Source of the DNA: Entomortierella parvispora E1425
Lineage: Eukaryota > Fungi > Mortierellomycota
Reading direction: 5' to 3'
Assembly (NCBI GenBank): GCA_020891255.1
Contig: BQFW01000008.1
Span: 2,914,001 to 2,978,000, forward strand
Length of the DNA: 64,000 nucleotides
Shown: positions 1 through 11,250 of the stretch, piece by piece
Position numbering within the stretch: position 1 is the stretch's first letter
Layout of the letters: the number at the start of each line of letters is the position of its first letter
The notes under the pieces: model-generated
Database searches by the model: none
Told to the model about the DNA's origin: nothing
The model's input: the letters and a program-made list of their open reading frames with translations, nothing else
Program-made: the position numbers and the translations under genes

Positions 1-507
1 ATCGTTCCTCGCAGGACAGTTCTTGTGGATGTTGCTTTGATTGCTGCGAGTGCTGATGGACAAGTCCACGATGCTCATGTCGGATATGAGAGATAGGACG
101 TCGAGTGAGCATGACCTCTTCATGCATTGCCCTGTGGCTGTAAAGTACTTGGCAAGATTCACCGTGTCAGTTATGAGTGAAGGAAAAGATAATGCACAGC
201 ACACTGCATTCAGGGATCATTGAGCCACATCAGCACCGCAGGACAGCAGCAGAAGAGCGACAATTGTTCCTCCCCCCCTTTTTGATCCCTGCATATCCTT
301 TTTTTTTCTGTTCCATCGCTTCATTCCTGAAGTTTCTCATCAGCTTACTTCATCCCCTAGATATTTTCCAAAGGAGGGTCAGGGGTAGAGCGAAGTGACC
401 AACAAGATAAATACAGGGCTTTCAGACTTGACAAAATCATCCCATATTCCTCTTCCCCCCCATTTCAAGACGCTCCCATCCACTTGATGACCATCCTATC
501 CAACAAC

Positions 508-969
508 ATGTTGAGTCTTCGAGCCAGCTTCCTGATCTATACGGCACTCAGTGTCGTACTCATCTGTGTTTCGTCGCAGTCGCTATACAAGATTTTCAAT
601 CATCAATATCGGGATCAAGCTCTGGACTACACTACAGGAAATAGAATTGTTGGCTGTCATATTAACTATGATAGTAACAATCAGAACTGGAGGATTGTGC
701 ACCTTGGGGACAGCTTCGTCGCCTTCCAAAATGCCGCGACTGGGCTCTTTATTGGTGTCAATGGCCAAGAGATTGTGGCTGGGGCAAACCCGTACAAATG
801 GCAGTACTCCGTTGTTTCTAGTGGTTGGTATCAAATTTTGACCGAGGATGGTAGTAAAGTCCTTTTCCTGACGGGGCAGGAAGATTACGATCCAGTTATC
901 CTGAAGGAAATTGAATATAAAGGACCTGATGCCCAGTGGGGCTATACACCTGCACCATCCACCCCATAG
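508..969 (+). CDS. Secreted ricin B (beta-trefoil) lectin-like protein, 153 aa, single exon
   Basis: ATG at 508. Hydrophobic signal peptide MLSLRASFLIYTALSVVLICVSSQ. QxW-type motifs (NQNWRI, YKWQY, DAQWGY) typical of ricin-type trefoils. Confidence 0.75.
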   Translation: MLSLRASFLIYTALSVVLICVSSQSLYKIFNHQYRDQALDYTTGNRIVGCHINYDSNNQNWRIVHLGDSFVAFQNAATGLFIGVNGQEIVAGANPYKWQYSVVSSGWYQILTEDGSKVLFLTGQEDYDPVILKEIEYKGPDAQWGYTPAPSTP

Positions 970-2169
970 TGTGTTCACTGCCTGTAGCCTGATGCAAACG
1001 TCCTTCTTCATTTCTACTTCCTCTGCTCTTCTTCATTGAAAGATTTGCTCCTTTCATTGAACCATGTTGTCTATCCTCATTTTTTGTCTCAGAGAAGGCA
1101 AAGAAATAAAGGTCTCGACCCGACACAGAGTACCACTAGAACATCTCCTCCAGAGAAAAAAGTTGTCATCCTCACTATCCAGAGTACAAGTTGGTTCCCC
1201 GCCTTGCAGTGATGATAGTGATCGATCCGATCGGCTGTGACGCTGACTCGGGCCCCGATGCTGGCAAGATTTGCAGAGAGATCCTCTGTTCATGTCCAAG
1301 CGTGGTCTTAAAATTGACATGACCGATTTGATCGTCGATCGTCTCAGCTTTGCAAGTGGCCATGACAATCCCCCAGGCGCAATGGCGACAGGGCAGCATT
1401 TGAACCTGAGCGTAGGAGTCTGGGCGTTTACCTCTTTACAAATCCTGTGGGTCAAGCATTTGGAGTGGTCTACAAACTCAGCACTGAACGGCCGCATGAC
1501 GGGACAACTGGAGAGACTTCGAGAATCAAGACAGATGGACGTGCAGACGAGGATAAATGGCGGCACGCGATGGAGGACTGGAGCATATCCCAGAGGTGAG
1601 CTGGCCACCGATCTCCACTTGGGTAGACTATCACCATATGGCCCTTGATCCGGAGCTGCAGCTTGAAATCTGTTCAAATACATGGTCGTTTGTTTTCAAT
1701 TCCTTCCTGCCTCGGCGCAATTGGCATGTCTACCTTCGTAACTAAACTCTCTAGTATTCTCTATTCCTTTTCGTCAAACCATTATAGTTGATGGGCAATT
1801 GGCCGAACCCACAGAAATAAATATCATAAGCGGTGTTTAGGGTCACTTTGGCCGGCTATGGGAGAGGTGTTTATCGTTTTATTAGGGGCTAAGGTAGATT
1901 GAGGGTAGGAAAGAAGGAAGAAAAAAATGAGGGGCCTATTATTTTTTCTTTATGGGGAACCCATCTTTCCCCTTCCTCTGAAAGTCCTTTTTTCCCTGTT
2001 ATGGAGGGCTCAAGGAATCAAGCATCACAATGTTGTAAAGAAAGGGGACAGAGCGAAGCGACCAACAATATAAGTACAGGGCCTCTCAGACCCGACAAAA
2101 TCAGCCTACATTCCTCTTTCCCTCATTTCGAGACACTCCCCTCCACTTGCTCACTTGTCCTTTTCCGAC

Positions 2170-2637
2170 ATGTTGAGTCTTCGAGTCGGCCTCCTGGTCT
2201 ATACCGTGCTGAGTATCACACTCATCTGCGTTTCGGCACAATTGCTTTACAAGATCTTTAATGAGCGCTATACATCTCAAGTACTGGACTACAACTATAG
2301 AAGGAAAAAAGTGGATGGCAATTAGACTACAACAGCAACTTTCAGAGCTGGCATCGCAAGGTTGTTGGAGGAAACGAAAACATAACCGCCCTCAGGAATA
2401 GAGCGGCCGGGATGTATCTTGCTTTCGATGGCGAAACGATTATAGCTGCAGAAAAACCTTACCCATGGCAGCATATCCTGTCTCCTTATGGCGGGTATCA
2501 GATTGCGACCGAAGATGGTAGTAAAGTCATTCAACTGAACAGGAAAAGAGAATGGCAGTCCATTTCGCCTTGTTGGGATCGAATATCATGAAAGAGATGC
2601 CCGGTGGGGCTTTGAAGAGACAGTACCCGCCCCATAG
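2170..2637 (+). pseudogene. Frameshifted tandem paralog of the ricin-B lectin gene
   Basis: MLSLRVGLLVYTVLSITLICVSAQLLYKIFNE... stops at TAG 2323-2325. Homology resumes in another frame (DYNSNFQSW...YQIATEDGSKVI) and shifts again (EYHERDARWGFEETVPAP*). The 5' and 3' flanks also match those of 508-969. Confidence 0.8.
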
Positions 2638-3246
2638 TGACACCTGTAGCCTGATGAAGACGTCCCCCATCCCATTTTCATTTCCACAGATCTTCCTTTT
2701 CATTGAACGACCTGTTCCTCTTCGTTGACCTATATTTTCTGTCCTCATTTTGATCTCAGAGATAGGCACCAAGGCAGCAAAGAAATAAGGTCACGACCTG
2801 ACTAAAAAAAAAGAGCACATCACGCACCATGCGCTGCGTGCTTCAACACAGCTGTAGCGACAAGGCGTATGAGATGGTCCAAAGAGGCGTGGAAGAACGA
2901 CAGGATAATGAAACAGTTGACGAGTTCTCCAAAAGCTGCAGTCTTGTCCTGAGGACTCCTAACATTGATAGATCGCGGGAGGGACTTCTGGAAGACGGTT
3001 GCATTCGAGCGCCAACAACTGGAGCAAGATCCCAACCTGTGCTGGATGATAAAGGCGTGGCCACACTTGCAGGACTACAGCTACCACCAAAAACGAAGTC
3101 TTTTAAGCCTTTCATGCACATCAGGTCAAAACTTTTGCAAAATATTGTTTTATTTGCATGGGGGCAATGTGGGTGAATTAAGTATACAAAGAGGGGTTGA
3201 GAGGGGATGCTGAGAGGACAAGAACAAGGTCAAGCACTGTGTTTTT

Positions 3247-6200
3247 TTACAGGTGAGGGGCAAAGGTGGTAACATCCTCCTCAACACCGTCAGTGGTCCA
3301 CATGCTCTTGATGACAAAGTCCAAGAGGGCAGCACGGTCGTCGGCCTTGACCAACTTGATGGTCTCCTCATTCGTGGCAGAGCCCTCGGCGACAGACTCG
3401 GTCACAACAGCAGCAGCGACCTCGGCCGAGACCTGACGGATACGGGGGAGGACAGGGTACAAGAGACCCTGGGAGCGCTCCTCCGTCGTCAAGGCCTGGG
3501 CGCAGGCACGAGCGGCGCTGTAGATCAAACGATCGCTGATGGTGGCGGGCTGGGCCAAGATGCCTCCCAAGCCGAGACCGGGGAAGATGTACATGTTGTT
3601 ACCCTGACCAGGGGCGCTGATGAGTCCAGTTTCGGGGTCGGTGTACTTGGGGAAGGCAGTGCCGGAAGCAAAGATGACCTTGCCCTTGGTGTGAATCATA
3701 GCCTGCTCAAATGAGCACTCGGCCTGGTAGGCGGGGTTGGAGAGAGGGAAGACAATGGGGCGGTTGTTGAGAGCGGCCATGGACTTGAGGACCTCCTCAG
3801 AGAAGGCGCCAGATTGGGAAGAGAGACCAAAGAGGGCAGTGGGGCGGACATGCTCAATGACCGAGGCAATGTCGGGGTATTTGGCGCCAGCATTGTCCTT
3901 GCGGGCAAAGTAGAGCTTGTGCTCAGCCAACTTGTCACCACGGTCCAAGGTAACAAGACCCTTGGAGTCGACCAACCAGACCATCTCGCGTGCCTCATCC
4001 TCAGTCATTCCGTGATCGTTGACAAAGTAAGCAGCCAGCTGCTTGGCAACACCAACAGCAGCCGATCCAGCGCCAAAGAAGAGAATCTTGTGGTCCTTGG
4101 CGGGGATACCGGCAAGGTTAATGGCGTTCATGAATCCGGCCAAGATGACAGCTCCAGTGCCCTGAATATCGTCGTTAAAGCAGAAGGTCGTGGGCTGGTA
4201 CTTGTCCAAGAGCTGGAAGGCGTGCTCGGAAGAGAAATCCTCAAACTGAATCAACATCTTGGGGTAGAGAGTAGTCAAGGACTTGATGACAGCGTCCACG
4301 AAGGGGAAGAACTTATCATCGCCGACACGCTTCTGGCGCAATCCAAGGTAGAACTCGTCGTTGAGCTTGTCCTCGTTGTTGGTACCGAGATCCAAAGTGA
4401 TGGGGATAGTGCGTCTAGGGTCGACACCGGCACCAGCAACATAGAGCTGGAGCTTTCCGACGGGGATACCCATGCCACCGACACCGAGATCACCAAGACC
4501 GAGAATGCGCGAACCATCGGTGATGACGGCAATCTGAGGGGTCAAGCTAGGATCCTGAGGGTAAGGTCTGTAGTTCTGAATGATCTGGGTCAAGTTGGGG
4601 AGATCATTGATGGAGAGGAAGAGACCGTCGGGCTGACCGGGAGGAGCGAGGAAGGGGTAGATGCTCGAGTAGGTTTGGCAAGCGGTGCCGACAGTAGGGG
4701 TGTAGATCAAAGGCAAGACTTCCTAATCGTGGCCGAAAATGGTGCCAATAAAAAAGAGTGGGCACGGGTGCATGGTGAGTTCAGTTGATTCGTGGCACAA
4801 CGTCCAGGGCCAAATGGCCCAGATCGTCCAAGCTCTCTATCTCCGTTTCATCTCCGTCCATGATATTGACCATCCAGGGGCCGAGCAATTGCAAGTCGGA
4901 GTGGCGACGTTGTTCGTCAGCTCAGCGTCCACTCCCAAAAGCGGGATTATGAACCAATTTCCGCCTCCACAATTTCTACCCCAACCATCTCATTTTCGAT
5001 CAGTGTTTGGTCGCATGGCATTTGCCCGGCGACGGGTAAACATAGATCGAAGGATGAGGCAGAGGAAGAGAGGGCAAAGCAATGTGGAGTGAGCGAGAAT
5101 CGGTTCATGGGAAAATCAAAGGCGAATGGGCGTGGGCGTTTTTGTATTCGAGGAGGTGGAGAGAAAAAGCTCTTTGGACAAGTGGACTGATCCTCAGAGA
5201 TTTCCGTTTGAGGACGGAAAGAGAAGGGACCGAACTGGGTTGCGGGGAATCGACGAAAATCAAATAGGATTTTGGATTTTTACCCCAAAGAAATAGTGAA
5301 AAAAGAATAGACCTTGGCAGGAAGCCAATGAGCCGGAGCCATTGAAACAGCACCCGTTCTAATGTTGACTCTCTGAATATGCCTCACATCATCGGTGACC
5401 CTGTTCTTCTCTCCCTCCCCGCAATGGAAGGGAGGGCAACATGCAATGCAACGTAGCGCAACGCACTAACGTTTGATCATTGACATCACCACAAGGGGAT
5501 AGTCCCTAACCTTGACCGTTGGGCAAAAGAAAAGAGGGGAAGAGGGGAAGAAGTATTTACCTCGAGCTGATCGCCAACGATTCCATAGAAGAGACGGACG
5601 TTGGTATTCCTGAGCCAGGCCAAGAAGACGTACTTCTCAATGTCGGAGGACTTGCTTCTGAGCTGGGCCAGGGCGCGCTTCTTCTGGAGGTCAAAGGACT
5701 CGACCTTGGCGGGAGAAAGTCCGTGGAGGCGGAGGGCATTCCGGAGCTCAGCAGGGGTCGCCGTGCCTGTAGGAGAATGCAAAGAACAAGTTTTTTGTGT
5801 CAGCATGCGGCATATTCATCCTACTTGACTGCAAGACACGAAGACCAAAGACAGCACACAGACACACAAAAGAAGGGAGAAGAAAAAAAAAAGAACCCAC
5901 AGACACTCTCACACAGCAAACAAAAGGTTCAATTCAATGAGACCAAAAGATCATTAAACTAAAATAGATCCGGAAGAAAAACCCACGGACAATTTTTTTT
6001 CTGTCCGTGACTTTTTGCCACTAAAGGACAGACCCACTCCCCATGGACGGGTTGAATGGAGAAAGACAGTTGTGGAGACATGTGCATCTCTTCACTTTGT
6101 GAAAGCATCACCTCTCTTCTCTCCCTCTTTGCGTGTGTGTGCGTGTATGTATGTGTGTGTGTGCAAGACACTGCTGAAGGTCAACAAGAGAAGAGTAAAG

Positions 6201-6808
6201 AAAAAAAGAAGAACGCTCGCGACTTTCCGTCACAGCGCCGAACAAAGAAACGAAAAGCGGTAACGATGATCGGACACCAACAAATAAAAAGCCTTGAACA
6301 GCACGACTGACAACTTACTCTGGTTGAGGTAGGGCGATTTTGAGATCTGGTGGATGGAGTTCGTGTTGGTGGGCTCGGCGACAGTCATGTTGTTGCGTTG
6401 TTGTTGGTGGTGGTGGTTGATGTTGTTGTCGTTGTCGGGTATGGCGATCGAAGCTGAGGAGAACGTACGGAGGAGCGAAGGAGTGGAGAGGGAGGAAGAA
6501 GTAGAAGAAGAGGAGAGAAGAGTGGATGTGGATGAAGAAGAGAGAAGAGAAGAAGAAGAGTGGGACCTTGAAATAGTGGGGGAGAAACAACTGAGACGCG
6601 GACGGGGGAGCAGAGCACTGTAGTGGAGGTGGTGCGATCGAATACAGTTTGCGGTCGAAAGCTTCATCTTTGACTGTACTTCCCTCAAGACTGTTCTAGC
6701 GCCTTGGGTCTGTGGCTGTTGTGGCCTTGCCTGGAGGCCCAGCAGGGACATGGACGACGACGACGACGATCGAACCGCGGATCGGGGCAACAAGGTGGAG
6801 AGGGTCAT
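3247..6808 (-). CDS. MAE1: Malic enzyme (NAD(P)-dependent); join(6808..6319, 5766..5561, 4722..3247); downstream in-frame ATG at 6388
   Basis: GT-AG splicing gives ...SPYLNQ|STATPAELR...GDQLE|EVLPLIYTPTVG. Family motifs VITDGSRILGLGDLG, IQFEDF, FNDDIQGTG, GAGSAA, LSNP. 723 aa from ATG 6808, 583 aa from ATG 6388. Confidence 0.95.
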
Positions 6809-7991
6809 TGCTACTAGCGCGTACAATTGGCTGGAGGAGGAGAGGGGTGAGGAGCGGGTTTGTTGTTGGGGGTAGAGTGCAGCAGCAGGAAGTAGATGTA
6901 GCAAGAGAAAAGAAGGAAAATGGAGAAGGTCGGAGGAAGCGGAAAGCATACGTTCGAGCAAAAGTGGAATTATAAAATTAGTTCTCTTTACATGACAGGG
7001 TGGATCTGGGTCAAAGGACGGGGGGCTATTTTGGCGTCTTTTTTCGATGATGTGCGCGAGTGGGCGGGATATGGTGTCAGAAGATGACTGCTGTTGCTTT
7101 ACTCTACCTTTGGGTTTGGGACCAGATAAGAGGGAGAATGGAGGGTACTGTCTTTGGGGGGTGTCTCTGGCAAGGACTCTATGTCTGGATGTATTGACTG
7201 AGAAGAAGGCGCAAAGAGCAAGGTGAAAGTGCGGTGAAGAATGGCAGGCGATCCGTCCACCACTCTCGCCTGTCTTTTATGAAAGTCATCTGTGGGAGAC
7301 GTCTGTTTGCGCTGCCGCAAACAGGCAAGAGCGGGGATTTGTTTTCTGTCTCCTGCCTCAAATGGTGAGCAATATGGACGAGTCACAGCAGTCATTCGAT
7401 GTTCCTTCCTCGGAATGACCCGGAGGGTCTTGCTCAAATCTAATATGGGCACCACAGAAGAACCCAAGGTTGTTCCCTGCCTTGACCCCACAAAACTCAC
7501 ACAGCATTCTTGCTCTGATGCGAACCATGAAAAAAGAAATTGACGGGCCAATGCGGGCAACGACGGAGGAAGGGGGATGGGGAGGGGAACTTGGGGGGAA
7601 AGGCTGAAAGGGGGGAGAACGATCCATCTCACTCTATTTCGCCATCGTTGCAATTTGCATCAACGATTGGTTGGCCTGGGGTCTGTTGTTCTGATGGTTA
7701 CTGTACCTTAGCGCATCCACTTGCTTATTTCGATCATGGGCAATTGATACTCCCCAACACCCCAAGGAAATGGCCCGGCAGGTACAACCTTGCAACCGAA
7801 GGTACATGTCTATGTCTTTTTTTGACTATTGGTCATGAGCCGAAGGTGTGGGATGATCCAGAGGGAAGGATGAGTCTTTTCTAAGACTCCATACCGACCA
7901 GGCCTGGGGCGATCACTTCTCAAGACTCATCTGAGCTTTCATTTTTAGACGAAAAGAGAACCAATTGTAACACACACGCAGAACAAGATGC

Positions 7992-8028
7992 CCACGGATA
8001 CTTCACCCACTGGTGAATGTATCCGTGG
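7992..8028. repeat. Near-perfect 16-bp inverted repeat (hairpin) with 4-nt loop and 1-nt bulge
   Basis: CCACGGATACTTCACC-CACT-GGTGAA(T)GTATCCGTGG read directly from the sequence. Confidence 0.8.
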
Positions 8029-8755
8029 TCAGATGGAACAGGCTTGCCTAGAGAAGGTCCAGATGCACAGGGCAAGAGCCAACTTACCAAACAACAAATG
8101 AAAAAAAATAAACAACCCAACGACTCGAAAGACAGGGACTGCATCAATTGCATGACAGTGACACACCTGAGTCATTGCCTCCCCGATTTCAATTGCCTCC
8201 CCTTCTTGCTTCAAAAGTTTTGAGCCAAAGGGTTCTATGACAGACAAACACAATAGAGAAGAAAGAGCCAAGGAAGCAAAGAAACGAGCGCCTTTCACAT
8301 GCATTGACAAATCCTCGTCCTAAACGCGTGTTTAAGGAGAGAAAAAAATAAGCATTCTGCATGGGCCGATCATTTTTCTGAGTTGTCATCCTCCCGGGAC
8401 CGGGATCATGCAGCAAAGAGAGAAGAAAGAGAGTCTCCATGCAACGAAAATAGTAATATGCGGGGTCAAGGGTTCTTCTCCCATTCCCGCCTTTCTGGTT
8501 GCTTTTTGTTTGTTTGTTTGTTTGATAAGGCGCTGGTCAATTCCAAAAAAGTGAAAAAAAAAGGTGGAGGGAGCAAGAACCAATGGATGGTATTGCTACT
8601 TCTTACTGTCATCGCTTAAAGAAATATGACTGTTCCACGTAGAATAACACGCGCCATGCAACCACTGCACCTAGGACAAGAAGCGAGCTCGAGAATGTCA
8701 TGAAGAAAGGACCAGCCTTCCGTACTATTATTGTTTAATCAATTGACTTTGTGTT

Positions 8756-10673
8756 CTACACGGCTCCCTCGCTCAGCGAAGGCGCTTCTCCATCTTCAGA
8801 TCCTGTTCCATTTACAAGTGGCATGAACACCGTCCAATACGCACAGCTAGTTTCGTTGCCATAGAGTCGCGGGTTCGTCAGAGGCATCAACAAGACTCCG
8901 AAAAGCACAACGCCTGTCAAAAACGCCAGATACAACCCATTCTTCCATCGACCATAGTATTGGATGTTGGTCACATCCGGGAACCCCATCATATTACAAA
9001 AGGAATGTACCAAGCAGGGCCCCACCAGATTCGATGTCCTCAGAAACAAAAACGTGGCAAACCATCCAAAGAAGGTCGTGTACGCCAATTGCAATCCCGC
9101 CACCATGGCCGCGTTCTTGAGAGCACGACTTGTCCTACCCTTGGAAACATACGACTCGTATCCATGGTGGATATGGGCTAGGTAGAGATGAAGAATGAGG
9201 ATCGGTCCATGGTGATTTCGTTAGGGAAAAAACACTAGGCAGTTGATTGAGGGCATCTTTGGACAGCCACTAGCTAATCTCGGACATTTCTTTCTCATCT
9301 TACCAACGCCAAACACCAGTGGCAGCCCAAAGATCATGGATGCAGCTGAAGCTCCAGACTGGTAAACAATGGCGACCATACAAGCCCGGAACACAAACTC
9401 TTCCGAGATAGGGCCAACGACAAAGTTGCGCATGCCGATGAACCTCCGCAAGAGATGCCTCTGTGCTGCCCAATTGAACGCCTGTTGGAACGGCAGCTCA
9501 TTGCTCAAGAACATCATCAACAGCGGACCCATAAACAGGACCGCCACCAGGAACAAGGGTATCACAGCATGGTTCACCAGCTTCAGAATATGGTTCGGGA
9601 TCGAGATGCCAATCATCCCAAGGAACGTCCCCAGACGAGTCCAGAAGGGCTATAGTTGAAGGGAGGAATCAGGGCGTCAGACATCAGGGCGTCAGACATT
9701 TGGGCTGGAAATATTCCTGGACCCCCAAAATCCCAAAAATACACTACTCTTTGTTACGCCACAATTTTCTTTCAAAAGGATTATTGTTTCATACCAAGTC
9801 CGAGGGAATAGCGCCTGAGAACTTAAAGGTCCACCAAAGATAGAACGGAATGATAAAACACGTCAATAGGATCCCTTTGAACCGTTGCATGATCACCAAT
9901 GGATGGTCCCTGTCCAATTTGGGGTTCTCTCCTGAGGCCAGCATCTGAAGTCGTGCAGGAAGAGCAGGGTCATATGGTGCAGCTGAAGAGGACGAGAAAG
10001 AGGAGGATGAGTGATGATGATGATTGACCACCTCGGGCCGCGCAGATGCGATCCCTGAAGTCTTGGATATTGAGAACGGCGTCGAGGTTGTGGTTATGGC
10101 TGTGGTTGTAACTGTAGTGGAGGATGAAGAAGAGGAACTAGGGGTCGCGTTGGTAAGCGCAATGGCCACGCCAGGCGGTACAAAGAGTAAAGACCCTTGT
10201 TGTGTGGACGACGACAGCTTTGGAGACGAGATGGCGGGAGAGTCGGCATCGATGAACTGAAGGTGGGTACTGCTTCGATGGGCTCTATTGTCGGCAGTGG
10301 CCACTCCAGAGAGTGGCGACTTTGACATCAGAATGATGGTGTCTGTGTGGATAGAGTGCGGTCGAGAGCTAGTGTTGCTTTGGCTGTTGTTGCCGAAATG
10401 GGACAGGCCAGGTATTGAAGAGGAGGAAGTGCGAGGGGAGGAGGGTGGTGTCTCGTCTAGAGTCGCGGTAGTGGCGGTGGATCGGCGAGGCGGATCCTCT
10501 GCAGCATTGGCTGTGGGCACAGTCAGGTACCGGCCACCGTGCTCCCGTGGTTGCTTGCGCTTCAAGGGAAAGAGGTACAGGGACCCAACGAACAAAGCTG
10601 CAAAGCTGACGCATGAGAGAGCCGCCAAGACAGGTGAGATGGAGGTGGATTGCATCGGGAGGGAATCAGCCAT
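8756..10673 (-). CDS. RCE1: CAAX prenyl protease 2; join(10673..9795, 9649..9304, 9177..8756), 548 aa
   Basis: Catalytic motifs GPISEEFVFRAC (EExxFR), FGV|AHIHH across an intron, and HSFCNMMGFP (HxxxN). Canonical GT-AG junctions keep the frame. Confidence 0.93.
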
Positions 10674-11250
10674 GGCGCGAAAGTGTGTGCATGAACAATG
10701 TCACTCTGCTGTTGCGGGACTCCTTGTTCAAAATGGACAGATGAAACGATGAATGTGGAAGAATGGATGGATTGAGTTTTTTCTTTGAAGCAGGTGCAAA
10801 TGAGCACTGGGCGAAGGCCCCGTCCCACGAATTTGCGCTGTGGGTCCTCGGAAATAAGTAAATTGGTGCTCAACAACAGAGAGAATATGCTGACAGTCAG
10901 TCCCCTCAACCCAATTGAATTTATTCCTAGGGAAACAACAGTGGAAGAAAAGGAAACAACAACAGAGCGAAACAAGGGAGGGTATGAATTGGCAGCCCGA
11001 CTCACTGCAACAGAGAGAGAGGCTCAATGAGAACGAAAGCGACTGGCCTGTGTAAGAGAAAAGTAGATGGTGAAAGGAAGGAGTGAGGGAGTAAAGAGGG
11101 GTGATAGATTTCATGGACATGAAGAGTGAGGGTGCGATCTAAGTGAACATGAAGGGGAAGAAGTGTGGGGTCGAAAGAGTGGAGAAGAATATGTACATGG
11201 GTCATGTGTTTGATGGTAGTAGCTGACAGGCCGAGTGGGGGGATGGATCC

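Noticed and set aside
1054-1683. 209-aa minus ORF and overlapping 125-aa plus ORF between the lectin copies
   Set aside because: No recognisable motifs, splice logic or paralogy. Could be a decayed remnant, but I cannot support a call.
3253-4788. Long plus-strand ORFs (153 and 324 aa) opposite malic enzyme
   Set aside because: Antisense shadows explained by the codon bias of a highly expressed gene; no independent coding features.
9669-9699. 15-bp direct duplication TCAGGGCGTCAGACA in RCE1 intron 1
   Set aside because: Simple slippage duplication, two copies only.
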